A DNA stretch of 64,000 nucleotides from Gemmatimonadales bacterium (GCA_035553475.1 DATNDQ010000035.1:7075-71074), one strand, 5' to 3'; positions 36,527-46,289 are shown, counted from the first letter of the stretch. The notes: generated by a model from the letters alone, not told the origin. Made by a program: numbers and translations.

Positions 36527-37548
36527 AACGTCTCGTGACACTGCTGGTCCTGATCGCGGCCTGCCACGGCGGCGGACATGAGGGGGACCAGCCGCCGGCG
36601 GCCCCCGTCGCCACCGCGACGGTCCGCCAGGGGCCTTTCACGGAAATCGTGACCGCCATCGGAACGGTTGCGCCGCGGCCAGGTCGCTATGCCGAGCTGG
36701 CCGCTCCAGCGCCGACGCGCGTGGCGCGCATTCTTGTGACGCCGGGGCAGCGCGTCGCCGTGGGTGACACGCTCGTCGTGTTCGAGCAGGCGTCCTTCGA
36801 TGCCGCGGCGCACGCCGCCGACGTGGCCCTCGCGGCTGCCCAGCATGCCGCCGACCGCGCGAACCGGCTGGTGACAGCGGGGATACTGCCCAGGAAGGAC
36901 GCCGATCAGGCCGAGCTGGACCTGGCCGCGGCCCAAACGGCGGATGTTACGGCCCGTCGCAACGCGGATCTCGCGGCGCTGAAGTCCCCCATCGCGGGTG
37001 TGGTCACCCGGGTGAACGCGGTGATGGGAGCGTCCGCTGATCCGTCGCAACCGGTCGTTGCCGTGGCCGACCCCAATGCCCTCGATCTGGTGTTCGGTCT
37101 GTCGGTGGATGCCGCGGGCCACGTACACGCAGGGGACTCGCTGTTCGCCCTCGCCGGCGAGCAGGGCACGGGGGACACGCTGGGACCTGGTCGGGTGCAG
37201 GATGTCGGGGTCGCGGTCGACTCGGTCTCGAGGACGGTCACTGCTCGTGCCCACCTCACTCGCACCACGCGCGTGCTGCGCATCGGCGAAACGGTTTTCG
37301 CCCGCATTGCCGTCAAGACGACGCCGCATGCCACGCTCGTTCCTGAGGTTGCCCTGGTCCCGACGGGGGAGGGGTACCGCGTTTTCGTCGTGGACACCGC
37401 GGGGATCGCGCATGAGCGGGATGTGACGGTGGGTGGGCGCGCGGACGGCATGGCCGAGATCACCAGCGGACTCGCAGTGGGCGAAGTGGTGGTGTCCACC
37501 GGGGCGTACGGCGTCACGGACAGCGCCCGCGTCGCGAAAAAGTCGTGA
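36523..37548 (+). CDS. RND efflux periplasmic adaptor (MFP, HlyD/CzcB-like), lipoprotein
   Basis: 341 aa with a lipobox (LLVLIAAC) and lipoyl-like and beta-barrel segments (..VAVGDTLVVFE.., ..SPIAGVVTRVNA..). A GTGA overlap is present. Confidence 0.85.
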   Translation: MKRLVTLLVLIAACHGGGHEGDQPPAAPVATATVRQGPFTEIVTAIGTVAPRPGRYAELAAPAPTRVARILVTPGQRVAVGDTLVVFEQASFDAAAHAADVALAAAQHAADRANRLVTAGILPRKDADQAELDLAAAQTADVTARRNADLAALKSPIAGVVTRVNAVMGASADPSQPVVAVADPNALDLVFGLSVDAAGHVHAGDSLFALAGEQGTGDTLGPGRVQDVGVAVDSVSRTVTARAHLTRTTRVLRIGETVFARIAVKTTPHATLVPEVALVPTGEGYRVFVVDTAGIAHERDVTVGGRADGMAEITSGLAVGEVVVSTGAYGVTDSARVAKKS

Positions 37549-40500
37549 AGCTGTTCGACGTCCTGGCGCATCAGCGCCGGCTGATCCTCTTGATCGTCGG
37601 GCTCCTGACCGCCGTCGGTGTCTGGTGCGCGCTCCGGCTTCCCTCCGCGATCTATCCCGAGCTCCAGTTCGAGCGCGTCCAGGTAGTCATCCAAGGGTCG
37701 GCCCTGGGTGCGCGACAGATGGTGTTCTCGGTCACCCGGCCGGTGGAAGAGGCGGTGAGCGTCGTCCCGGGCGTGGTCCGGGTCGATTCCCGCACCATCC
37801 GTGGCGCCCTCGAGATGTCGATCTATTTCGCCCCCCGCACCAACATGGTGAACGCGCTCTCGCTGGTTCGAGCCCGCGTCAGCCAGGTGCAGGGCGACCT
37901 GCCTCAGGGACTCGATATCCAAATCGAGCAGATGACGCCGTCCCTGTTCCCCATCCTGTCCTATACAGTAGAAGGGGGAGACCCGGCGACGCTCTACGAC
38001 ATCGCCCGCTACCAGATCAAGCCCATCTTGTCGCGAATCCCCGGCGTCGCGCGTGTGGAGGTGCAGGGCTCCGATATCCACGAGGTCGAGGTCGTCGCGG
38101 ACCCGTCCCGCCTCGCCGGCCTGGGCATGACCTACGACGACATCGCGAACGCCATTCGGAAGGCGACGACCGTCTCCGCGGTGGGCCGAGTGGCGCGGGA
38201 CTACCGGCAGTATCTCGTCGTGACGGATGTGGAGGCGCATACCCCCGAGGATATCGGGGCTGTGGTGCTGTCCAACGGCCTCCGGGTCCGGGACGTGGCG
38301 TCTGTTTCCCTGGGCACCGAAGACAAGGTCAGCATCATCGCCGGTGACGGGAAGCCCGCCGCGCAGATCAGCGTGACTCGGCAGCTGGGCGGGAACAGCA
38401 TCGCGATCGCCGACAGCGTCGCTGGCGCGTTCCGCGGACTCCAGAGTGACCTGCCTCCCGGGGTCCAGGTGAAGGCGGTCTACGATCAGGCCTCCCTGGT
38501 GCGGGACGCGGTACACGGCGTGCGGGACGCGATGCTGATCGGCGCGATCCTCGCCGTCATCGTCCTCTTCCTGTTCCTCCGGCACGGACGCATCACGGCC
38601 ATCAGCGCGACCAGCATTCCGCTCACCCTGATCATCACCGTCGCGGCCATGCGGGCGCTCGGTCAGACGTTCAATCTCATGACGCTCGGCGCCATGGCGA
38701 TCGCCATCGGCCTGGTGATCGACGACGCGGTGGTCATTACCGAGAACATCGCGCGCCATCTGGCGACCGGCGTGGAGCGGCACGTCGCGATCAGGGAGGC
38801 GGTCGCGGAGCTGGTGTGGCCCGTCACGACCTCCACCATCACCACCGTGGTGGTCTTCCTGCCGCTCGGCCTCCTCACCGGCGTGGTCGGCCAGTTCTTC
38901 GCGGCCCTGGCGACGACGCTGACCTGCGCGGTGCTCATCTCGCTCGGGCTGGCGCTCACGATCATTCCCTTGCTTGCGAATGAATTGGTCACCACGGAGG
39001 AAGCGGCACCGTCGGGCGCCGGATCGGTCCTCGACAAAGTCTCCCATGCCCTCAACCGGTTGACCGCCTGGTACGGCGACACGCTTGGCAAGGCGTTGCA
39101 CCACCCCCGCCGGGTGGTGGGCGCGCTGGTCGTACTGGCGGTCCTGGGCGTCGTCGGCTACGAGGTCACCGGCACGGGATTTCTGCCCGAAATGGACGAA
39201 GGCGCTTTTGTGCTGGACTACTTCACGCCCGGGGGAACGGCGCTGGCTGAGACGGACCGGGAGGTGCGAGTGGCGGAGGGGATCCTGGCCCGGACGCCGG
39301 AGATTACCGGCACCTCGCGCCGTACCGGAGCGGAGCTGGGATTGTTCGCGACCCTGCAGAATTCCGGAGACATCGTCGCCCGGCTGAAGCCCGCGAATGA
39401 GCGGGACCGGGACATCTTCGCGGTGATGAACGCTGAACGGGATTCGATCAGTGCCGCGGTGCCGCGACTGCACATCGAGTTCGTCCAGATCCTCTCGGAC
39501 GTCATCAATGACCTGGCCGGCGCGGCCAAGCCCGTCGAGATCAAGCTCTTCGGCGAAAACCTCGACACGCTCGAAGCGTATGCACATCGCCTCGAGCCCA
39601 AGCTGTCCGCCGTTGCCGGTCTCGAGGACTTCTACAACGGCGTGAGTGAACCTTCGGCCGAGCTGATGCTCAAGGTGCGCTCGGCGGACGCAGCCCGCGT
39701 GGGCCTGACGCCGGCGGACGTCGGTGATGGGGTGCAGGGGGCGTTGCTTGGCGTGCCGGCGGGCGAAATACACACCGAGGACCGCCCGATCGCGGTGCGG
39801 GTGCGGGCACCCGATGACGTCCGCTACGATCTGACCAGGCTTGCGAGCCTGCCGATCCTGGGAGCCCACGCGACCCGGCCCACACCGCTGGGAGCGCTCG
39901 CCGACTTCCAGCCGGTGGACTCCCGCGCCGAGCTGTTACGGGAGAATCAACAGCAGATGATCGACATCAACGCGGATGTCGATACGCGATCCCTGGGTGA
40001 CGTCATGGGGGACGTGCGCAAGATCCTGGCGTCGGAGCCGGCTCCCGCCGGAGTCCGGGTCGTGATCGGAGGCCAGTATGCGAACCAGCAGGAGGCATTC
40101 GCCGCCCTCCTGGTGGTCCTGGGTCTCGCGACGCTCTCCGTGGTGGCCGTGATGGTGGTGCAGTTCGAGTCGTTCCTCGAGCCCCTCATCGTCCTGGCGG
40201 TGGCACCGGTCTCGTTCACGGGCGGCCTCGCGGCACTGCTGGTCACCGGGACCGACCTGAATGTCTCCTCGATGATGGGATTCATACTTCTGGTGGGGCT
40301 GATCGTGAAAAACGGCATCATCCTGCTCGACTTCACGAGGCTGCGCATGCGGCGGGATGGCCTGAATCTCGAAACCGCCCTCCGGGATGCCGCGCGCGTG
40401 CGCCTTCGTCCCATTCTGATGACGACCCTCTGCACCCTCTTCGGTCTGCTTCCGCTGGCCCTGGGCCTCGGGGCGGGGAGCGAGTTGCAACGGCCATTGG

Positions 40501-40610
40501 CCCTCACCGTGATCGGGGGCCTCGCGCTTTCGACGCCGATCACGCTGTACGCCGTTCCCGCGCTGCTGGTCGCCATTCGCGGCGGGGGGGCGACGCTCTC
40601 GCGAGCCTAG
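37545..40610 (+). CDS. RND efflux permease (AcrB/CzcA/CusA superfamily)
   Basis: 1021 aa with 12-TM, two-large-loop architecture. Conserved TM4 residues are present (AIGLVIDDAVVITENI). A GTGA overlap is present. Confidence 0.92.
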   Translation: MKLFDVLAHQRRLILLIVGLLTAVGVWCALRLPSAIYPELQFERVQVVIQGSALGARQMVFSVTRPVEEAVSVVPGVVRVDSRTIRGALEMSIYFAPRTNMVNALSLVRARVSQVQGDLPQGLDIQIEQMTPSLFPILSYTVEGGDPATLYDIARYQIKPILSRIPGVARVEVQGSDIHEVEVVADPSRLAGLGMTYDDIANAIRKATTVSAVGRVARDYRQYLVVTDVEAHTPEDIGAVVLSNGLRVRDVASVSLGTEDKVSIIAGDGKPAAQISVTRQLGGNSIAIADSVAGAFRGLQSDLPPGVQVKAVYDQASLVRDAVHGVRDAMLIGAILAVIVLFLFLRHGRITAISATSIPLTLIITVAAMRALGQTFNLMTLGAMAIAIGLVIDDAVVITENIARHLATGVERHVAIREAVAELVWPVTTSTITTVVVFLPLGLLTGVVGQFFAALATTLTCAVLISLGLALTIIPLLANELVTTEEAAPSGAGSVLDKVSHALNRLTAWYGDTLGKALHHPRRVVGALVVLAVLGVVGYEVTGTGFLPEMDEGAFVLDYFTPGGTALAETDREVRVAEGILARTPEITGTSRRTGAELGLFATLQNSGDIVARLKPANERDRDIFAVMNAERDSISAAVPRLHIEFVQILSDVINDLAGAAKPVEIKLFGENLDTLEAYAHRLEPKLSAVAGLEDFYNGVSEPSAELMLKVRSADAARVGLTPADVGDGVQGALLGVPAGEIHTEDRPIAVRVRAPDDVRYDLTRLASLPILGAHATRPTPLGALADFQPVDSRAELLRENQQQMIDINADVDTRSLGDVMGDVRKILASEPAPAGVRVVIGGQYANQQEAFAALLVVLGLATLSVVAVMVVQFESFLEPLIVLAVAPVSFTGGLAALLVTGTDLNVSSMMGFILLVGLIVKNGIILLDFTRLRMRRDGLNLETALRDAARVRLRPILMTTLCTLFGLLPLALGLGAGSELQRPLALTVIGGLALSTPITLYAVPALLVAIRGGGATLSRA

Positions 40611-40670
40611 ACCTGCGCCCCGCCGTCCTCTAGGTTAGTCCGTACGACCAACTCTCTACGAGAGAGGCGA

Positions 40671-42608
40671 GTGTCTATGGTGCAACCGAAGAACGCCCAT
40701 GGATATGTCCGGTTGACGGAGCCGCTGGTTCGCGACGGAGGGACGCTGCGTCCCGCGACGTGGACCGAGGCCCTCGATCGGGCGGCCGAGGGGTTCCGGC
40801 GGAATCTGAAACCCGGACCCAACCGGCTGGGCATCTTCAGCTGTTCCAAGTCCACCAACGAGATGAATTACCTCGCCGGGAAACTGGCGCGGGTGGCCTT
40901 CGGAACGCACAACATCGACAGCTGCAACCGAACGTGACACGCTCCTAGCGTCGTCGGTCTGGCGACGGTGTTCGGTGCGGGTGGGGGAACCACCTCGTAC
41001 CAGGAGGTGGAAGAAGCCGAGGTCCTGTTCCTCTGGGGCGCGAATGCCCGGGAGAACCACCCGATCTTCTTCCATCACGTGCTCAAGGCGGTGCACCGGG
41101 GGGCTCGGCTCTATGCCGTGGACCCGCGGCGGACGACGTCCGCCCAATGGGCGGACCGCTGGCTGGGCCTCCACGTGGGCTCGGACATCGCCCTCGCCAA
41201 TGCGATGGCACGCGTCATCATTCACGCCGGTCTCGCCGACGAACAGTTCATCAAGAACGCGACCACGGGATTCGAGGAGTACCGGAAGTGCGTCGAGGCG
41301 TATCCGCTCGAGCGTGCGGAGCAGCTGACGGGCGTCCCGGCCGCGGCCATCGAAGAAGCGGCGCTGACCTATGCGCGCGCCAGACGCGCGGTCATCTGCT
41401 GGACGCTGGGGATTACCGAGCACCACAATGCGGTCGACAATGTGTTCGCGCTCATCAATCTGTCACTGCTCACCGGGCACGTGGGCCGGTACGGTTCGGG
41501 CGTGAGCCCGCTCCGCGGCCAGAACAACGTGCAGGGGGGCGGCGACATGGGTGCCATCCCCAACAAGTTCGTCGGGTTCCAGGAGATCCGGGACGCCTCG
41601 ATTCGGGGACGGTTCGAACAGGCGTGGGGTGTCACGCTCCAGCCGGATCACGGGTGGACCATCACGCAGATGTTCGAGGCCATGGACCATGGTGAGCTCA
41701 CCGGGCTCTACGTCATCGGTGAGAACCCGGCCCAGTCGGAAGCCGATCAGCACCGCACGCAACGCCTGCTCGACGGACTCGATCACCTCGTGGTGCAGGA
41801 CATCTTCCTGACCAAGACGGCGGAGATGGCCGATGTCGTGCTCCCCGCGGTCGCGACCTGGTGTGAAGGGGAAGGGACCGTTACCAACAGCGAGCGCCGG
41901 GTGCAGCGAGTGCGGCCGGCGCTGACCCCGCCGGGCGATGCCCGGGACGAGCTGTGGATCCTGGCGCAGATCGCGAAGCGCATGGGATACGATTGGGGTG
42001 AACCCACCGCACAATCGGTGTGGGAAGAAGTGAGAACGCTGGCGCCCGAGATGTTCGGGGGGATGAGCTACGAGCGCCTGGAGGCGCTGGGTGGCATCCA
42101 GTGGCCCTGCCCGGACGAGTCTCATCCGGGCTCGCTCTTCCTGCATGAACGCCTGTGGGCCGAACCGCGCGGCGGACCCGCGGCGCCATTCGCCGTGGTG
42201 GAGCACGATCCGCCGGTCGAGGCACCCGACGCCGAGTATCCGTTCGTCCTGACAACAGGACGCCGCCTCGATTCGTACAACACCGGGGTGCAGACGATGG
42301 GGTACGCCTCGCCGCTGCGCCGGCCGGAGGCGCTCGACATGTCTCCCGAGGATGCGGCGGAGATGGGGCTCGCCGAGGGAGATTCGGTGACGATCGCTTC
42401 GCGGCGCGGGAGCGTGACGGCCCCCGTGCACGTAGAACCGGGACTCCGTCCGGGATTGGTCTTCATGACGTTGCATAACCAGGATGACGTGCGGGTGAAC
42501 TTGCTCACCATCGACGCGACCGATCCACGGTCGGGAACCGCCGAGTTCAAGGCCTGCGCGGTGCGCGTGACGCCCGCCGCGACGGCGGCAGCCGTCGCGA
42601 GCCACTGA
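40671..42608 (+). CDS. fdhA: formate dehydrogenase catalytic (Mo/W-bisPGD) subunit; selenocysteine encoded by TGA 40935-40937; lacks the N-terminal Fe-S domains
   Basis: ORFs 40671-40937 and 40968-42608 are in the same frame, separated only by one TGA. The context NIDSCNRT-U-HAPSVVGL matches the FdhF-type motif CARV-U-HGPSVAGL. Downstream motifs are present (RGQNNVQGGGDMGA, VVQDIFLTKTAEMADVVLP, EFKACAVRV). The protein begins at the position that follows the MopB 4Fe-4S domain in fused enzymes. Confidence 0.85.
40938..40972 (+). promoter_or_regulatory. SECIS-like stem-loop directing Sec insertion at UGA 40935
   Basis: An 11-nt spacer (cacgctcctag) precedes the stem cgtcgtc(40949-55)/gacggtg(40964-70), which includes G-U pairs. 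The apical sequence is ggtctggc and contains GGUCUG, as I recall for the E. coli fdhF SECIS. Confidence 0.6.
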
Positions 42609-42614
42609 GGTCCA

Positions 42615-44486
42615 GTGGATCTTCATCTCCGCGATGCCACGCCGACGGAAGCAGAGCGGGCTGCCATCGATGGCGTCCTGGGCGCGCCGGCGTCCGGATG
42701 GGATGGTGGAGAGCGCGTGGCGGGCCGCGACGGTCACCTGGCCATCGGCGGGCATGAGGCCCGCGCCCGCCGCCACCTGCTGCTTCCCGCCCTGCACGCA
42801 GTTCAATCCCGAACCGGTTGGCTCTCCGAAGGGGCTCTCAACTACCTGAGCGCGCGCCTGACCGTGCCGCTGGCCGAGATCTGGGGCGTGGTGACGTTCT
42901 ACGCGCTCCTGCCGACGCATCCCCGTCCACCGCGGGTGCTCCATGTCTGCGACGACATCGCCTGCCGCATGCGGGGAGCCAACGGGATCTGCGAGCGGCT
43001 GGAGCATGACGTCGGCCAGCCCGTGACGGAGGCCGGTCATGGAGAGACTTCCGAGGCCAGGGACCCCGGCGAGCACGGCTGGTTGCGGAGTCCCTGCCTG
43101 GGATTGTGCGACCAGGCTCCGGCGGCCCTGCTCACCGTCGCGGACGAAAAGCCGATCGAGCGTCTCCTCGGGAACGTGACGCCGACCGGCGCCGTGGTCG
43201 CACTCCGTGGCGTGATCCCCGATGAGCTGCGTGCCAGGCTTCCCCAGAAGGGGACGCCCGGTCTCACCTTGCTCGCTCGGGTGGGCGTCGTAGATCCCGC
43301 CAGTCTTCGCGCGTATCAGGGTGCCGGCGGGTACCGGGCGCTGGCAAAAGCGTTCGAGCTCAAGCCCGAGGGCGTGATCAACGAGATGATCGCGTCCAAG
43401 CTCATGGGGCGCGGCGGCGCGGCGTTTCCGACCGGCCGGAAGTGGGACGCGGTGGCCAAGCAGGGGGCCCGGCCGCACTACGTGATCTGCAACGCGGACG
43501 AATCGGAGCCGGGCACGTTCAAAGACCGGGTCCTGATGGAAGAAGATCCGTTCGCGATCGTCGAGGCCGTCACGATCGCCGGGTATGCGGTGGGCGCGGC
43601 ACAGGGCTACATCTACATCCGGGGCGAGTACCCACTCGCCATTCGCCGCGTGCAAGGGGCGATCGATCAGGCACGTCAGGCGGGGCTGCTCGGTCCGTCG
43701 GTGATGGGGAAGGGGTTCGCGTTCGACGTCGAGATCAGGAAGGGCGCGGGCGCCTATATCTGCGGGGAAGAGACCGCGATCTTCAACTCCATCGAGGGGT
43801 ACCGCGGCGAGCCGCGCAACAAGCCGCCCTTCCCGGTGGCCGTGGGGTTGTTTCGCAAGCCCACACTCGTCAACAACGTCGAGACGCTGGCCAACGTCCC
43901 CGCGATCGTTCTCGAAGGCGGCGCGGCGTTCGCGAAGGTTGGGACCCCGGACTCGACCGGTCCCAAGCTCTTCTGCGTTTCCGGAGCACTCAAGAACCCC
44001 GGCGTCTATGAGGTGCCCTTCGGCACCACGTTGCACCAGCTCATGGCCCTCGCGGGCGGGTCCATGGAAGGCCGGCCCCTGCAGGCGATTCTCCTGGGCG
44101 GTGCCGCCGGGATGTTCGTCCCCGGGAACACTCCCGACATCCCCCTGACCTTCGAAGGCGCGCGTGCGGCCGGCGTCACCCTCGGCTCCGGCGTCGTGAT
44201 GGCGTTCGATGATCAGGTCGACATGAAGGACACGCTCCTGCGCATCGCCGCGTTCTTCCGTGACGAGTCGTGCGGGCAGTGCGTCCCCTGCCGGGTGGGC
44301 ACCGTGCGCCAGGAAGAGGCGCTGCACCGCCTCGTGGCGAACAAGCCGCTCGGCTCCGCGGCTCAGGAGCTCGTCTTGCTGGAGGAGATCGGGGCGGGGA
44401 TGAAGGACGCATCCATCTGTGGGCTGGGACAGACGGCTTACAGCGCGGTGGAATCGGCGGTGAAGCGCCTGAAGGTATTCCAATGA
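42615..44486 (+). CDS. NuoE-like + NuoF-like fusion (NAD(H)/FMN/Fe-S diaphorase subunit of formate dehydrogenase; FdsG-FdsB equivalent)
   Basis: 623 aa. NuoE 2Fe-2S cysteines are present (HVCDDIACRMRG ... SPCLGLCDQAPA). NuoF FMN/NADH motifs (GRGGAAFPTGRKW, ADESEPGTFKDR) and the 4Fe-4S motif (ESCGQCVPCRVG) are present. Confidence 0.88.
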   Translation: MDLHLRDATPTEAERAAIDGVLGAPASGWDGGERVAGRDGHLAIGGHEARARRHLLLPALHAVQSRTGWLSEGALNYLSARLTVPLAEIWGVVTFYALLPTHPRPPRVLHVCDDIACRMRGANGICERLEHDVGQPVTEAGHGETSEARDPGEHGWLRSPCLGLCDQAPAALLTVADEKPIERLLGNVTPTGAVVALRGVIPDELRARLPQKGTPGLTLLARVGVVDPASLRAYQGAGGYRALAKAFELKPEGVINEMIASKLMGRGGAAFPTGRKWDAVAKQGARPHYVICNADESEPGTFKDRVLMEEDPFAIVEAVTIAGYAVGAAQGYIYIRGEYPLAIRRVQGAIDQARQAGLLGPSVMGKGFAFDVEIRKGAGAYICGEETAIFNSIEGYRGEPRNKPPFPVAVGLFRKPTLVNNVETLANVPAIVLEGGAAFAKVGTPDSTGPKLFCVSGALKNPGVYEVPFGTTLHQLMALAGGSMEGRPLQAILLGGAAGMFVPGNTPDIPLTFEGARAAGVTLGSGVVMAFDDQVDMKDTLLRIAAFFRDESCGQCVPCRVGTVRQEEALHRLVANKPLGSAAQELVLLEEIGAGMKDASICGLGQTAYSAVESAVKRLKVFQ

Positions 44487-45436
44487 CCGCCACCCACGCA
44501 GGGCCCCTCATTCCGCTGGGCGGACCACGCCGCGACGTCGAGCTGACCATCGACGGGAAAGCGGTAACGGTGCCGGAAGGCACCACCATCCTCGATGCCT
44601 GCGCCCGGCTCGACCAGACCCTGCCGACGCTGTGCTACCTCGAGACCCTGCATCCGGTGAACGCATGCCGGGTGTGCGTAGTGGAGGTTGAGGGCTCGCG
44701 CGTGCTGGTCCCGGCGTGCTCGCGCGCGGTCGAGGCCGGCATGAAGGTGCGGACCAACACGACGCGCGTGAAGCACAGCCGCAAGATGGTCCTCGAGTTC
44801 CTCGCCTCGTCCGTGGATCTGTCCACCACCCCGCATGTATCGGACTGGCTCTCCGAATACGGTGCCCGGCCCGACCGGTATGGTCCTCCCGACCACCCCG
44901 GCGCAGATGGTGACCGTGACTCCCGTTCTCCGGGGCATCACGAGCCCCCGCGGAACGGTGTCGCGGCCACCGTCGCACAGCCGATGAAGGTCGACAACGA
45001 TCTCTACGTCCGCGACTACGCGAAGTGCATCCTCTGCTACAAGTGCGTCGAAGCGTGCGGCGTGGACTATCAGAACACCTTCGCGATCGCCGTCGCGGGG
45101 CGGGGCTTCGACGCGCGTATCTCGACGGAGTTCGCCGTGGAGCTGCCGGAATCAGCGTGCGTCTACTGCGGCAACTGCATCGCCGTATGCCCCACCGGTG
45201 CGCTGATGTTCAAGACCGAGCGCGATCACCGGGATGCGGGCACCTGGGACGAAAGCCGTCAGCACGTAACCGAGACCATCTGCCCCTACTGCGGCGTCGG
45301 CTGCACGCTGGAGCTCCACGTCCAGGACAACGAGATCGTCCGGGTCACGTCTCCCCTCGACCATTCGATCACCCGGGGCAACCTCTGCATCAAGGGCCGC
45401 TTCGGTTGGCGGTACGTGCAGAACCGCCGTGACTGA
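44483..45436 (+). CDS. NuoG-like Fe-S module = detached N-terminal part of the formate dehydrogenase alpha subunit (2Fe-2S, His/Cys 4Fe-4S, 2x ferredoxin 4Fe-4S, MopB 4Fe-4S)
   Basis: 317 aa from ATG 44483 (ATGA overlap). Motifs include LTIDGKAVTVPEGTTILDAC..LCYLETLHPVNACRVCVVEV, CILCYKCVEACG, CVYCGNCIAVCPTGA and CPYCGVGCTLELHV..GNLCIKGRFGWRYV. The protein stops exactly where the Mo domain would begin. Confidence 0.85.
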   Translation: MTATHAGPLIPLGGPRRDVELTIDGKAVTVPEGTTILDACARLDQTLPTLCYLETLHPVNACRVCVVEVEGSRVLVPACSRAVEAGMKVRTNTTRVKHSRKMVLEFLASSVDLSTTPHVSDWLSEYGARPDRYGPPDHPGADGDRDSRSPGHHEPPRNGVAATVAQPMKVDNDLYVRDYAKCILCYKCVEACGVDYQNTFAIAVAGRGFDARISTEFAVELPESACVYCGNCIAVCPTGALMFKTERDHRDAGTWDESRQHVTETICPYCGVGCTLELHVQDNEIVRVTSPLDHSITRGNLCIKGRFGWRYVQNRRD

Positions 45437-46289
45437 CCGCATCCCGCCGGCCCTTTCCGCGGAGCACCCGCTGTTCGGCCTCGGCTACACGGAGCCGGTG
45501 CGAGAGCGGGAGTACACCAGGCTCGAGGGCGGGCAGCGGAGTGAGCAAGCCCCGGTCGCGGAAGAAGTCCCCATTGCCTTCATCTATAACGGCCGCCCCC
45601 ATGTGGTCATGATGGGGACTCCCGCGGACCTCGAAGACTTCGCCGTCGGGTTCTCGCTGACGGAGGAGATCGTCCCACAGGTGTCCGACCTGTCCCGCAT
45701 CGAGGTCGTTCGTCACGCGCAGGGGATCGAGTTGCAGCTCACGATCCCCGAGGATGCGGGGAAGCGCCTCGAGTCCCGCGGCCGGCAACTGGTGGGGCAG
45801 ACGGGGTGCGGCCTGTGCGGCGTCGAGACGGTCGCCGAAGCCCTGCGACCGCCGCGCGAGCTACCCGTAGGGCGGCCGCCCGTCCCGCGGCACGCGCTCT
45901 GGCGTGCCGAGGAGATCCTGCCTGAGCTGCAGCAGTGGAATCGGGAGACCGGGGCGCTGCACGCGGCGGCGTGGGTGAGCGATGCGGGAGCCCCCGAAGT
46001 GGTGCGCGAGGATGTCGGCCGGCACAACGCGCTGGACAAAGTGATCGGTGCGCTGGCGCGCAGCGGCCGCCGTGCCGATGAGGGATTCCTGCTGGTGACG
46101 AGCCGGGCGAGTTACGAAATGGTCCAGAAGGCGACGGTAGCGGGGGCGAGGATGCTGGCGGCGGTGTCCCGGCCGACGGGACTGGCGGTTCGCCTGGCGG
46201 AGGCGAGCGGCCTGACGCTGGTAGCACTGCTTCGGGGCCGGACGGCCAACGTGTACGCCCACCCCGAGGGACTTACCGGCCCGGATTAG
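45429..46289 (+). CDS. fdhD: formate dehydrogenase accessory sulfurtransferase FdhD
   Basis: 286 aa with the catalytic loop GQTGCGLCGVE and the motif DVGRHNALDKVIG. It starts with GTG and overlaps the upstream gene by 8 nt. Confidence 0.9.
   Translation: MTDRIPPALSAEHPLFGLGYTEPVREREYTRLEGGQRSEQAPVAEEVPIAFIYNGRPHVVMMGTPADLEDFAVGFSLTEEIVPQVSDLSRIEVVRHAQGIELQLTIPEDAGKRLESRGRQLVGQTGCGLCGVETVAEALRPPRELPVGRPPVPRHALWRAEEILPELQQWNRETGALHAAAWVSDAGAPEVVREDVGRHNALDKVIGALARSGRRADEGFLLVTSRASYEMVQKATVAGARMLAAVSRPTGLAVRLAEASGLTLVALLRGRTANVYAHPEGLTGPD

Noticed and set aside
36906-39869. Very long antisense ORFs opposite well-supported genes. Examples: 987 aa at 36906-39869 opposite the RND pump, 1006 aa at 41463-44483 opposite the FDH genes, 659 aa at 17679-19658, 643 aa at 20008-21939, 708 aa at 60887-63013, 596 aa at 33742-35532 and 560 aa at 31574-33256.
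   Set aside because: In very high-GC DNA the antisense frames of real genes rarely contain stop codons. The translations are Arg/Gly/Pro/His-rich low-complexity sequence with no recognisable motifs. The sense-strand partners have clear family signatures and high GC3.
40611-40670. A Moco/Wco riboswitch upstream of the molybdoenzyme operon.
   Set aside because: The gap is only 60 nt, far shorter than the ~130-nt Moco RNA motif, and no matching conserved stems were seen.
40935-40937. The TGA splitting the formate dehydrogenase catalytic gene could indicate a pseudogene, a nonsense mutation or a frameshift.
   Set aside because: Both halves are in the same frame. The stop falls exactly at the Sec/Cys active-site position. 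A SECIS-like hairpin follows at the expected 11-nt spacing. The rest of the gene and operon look intact. It was called as a selenoprotein instead, pending the sel gene check.
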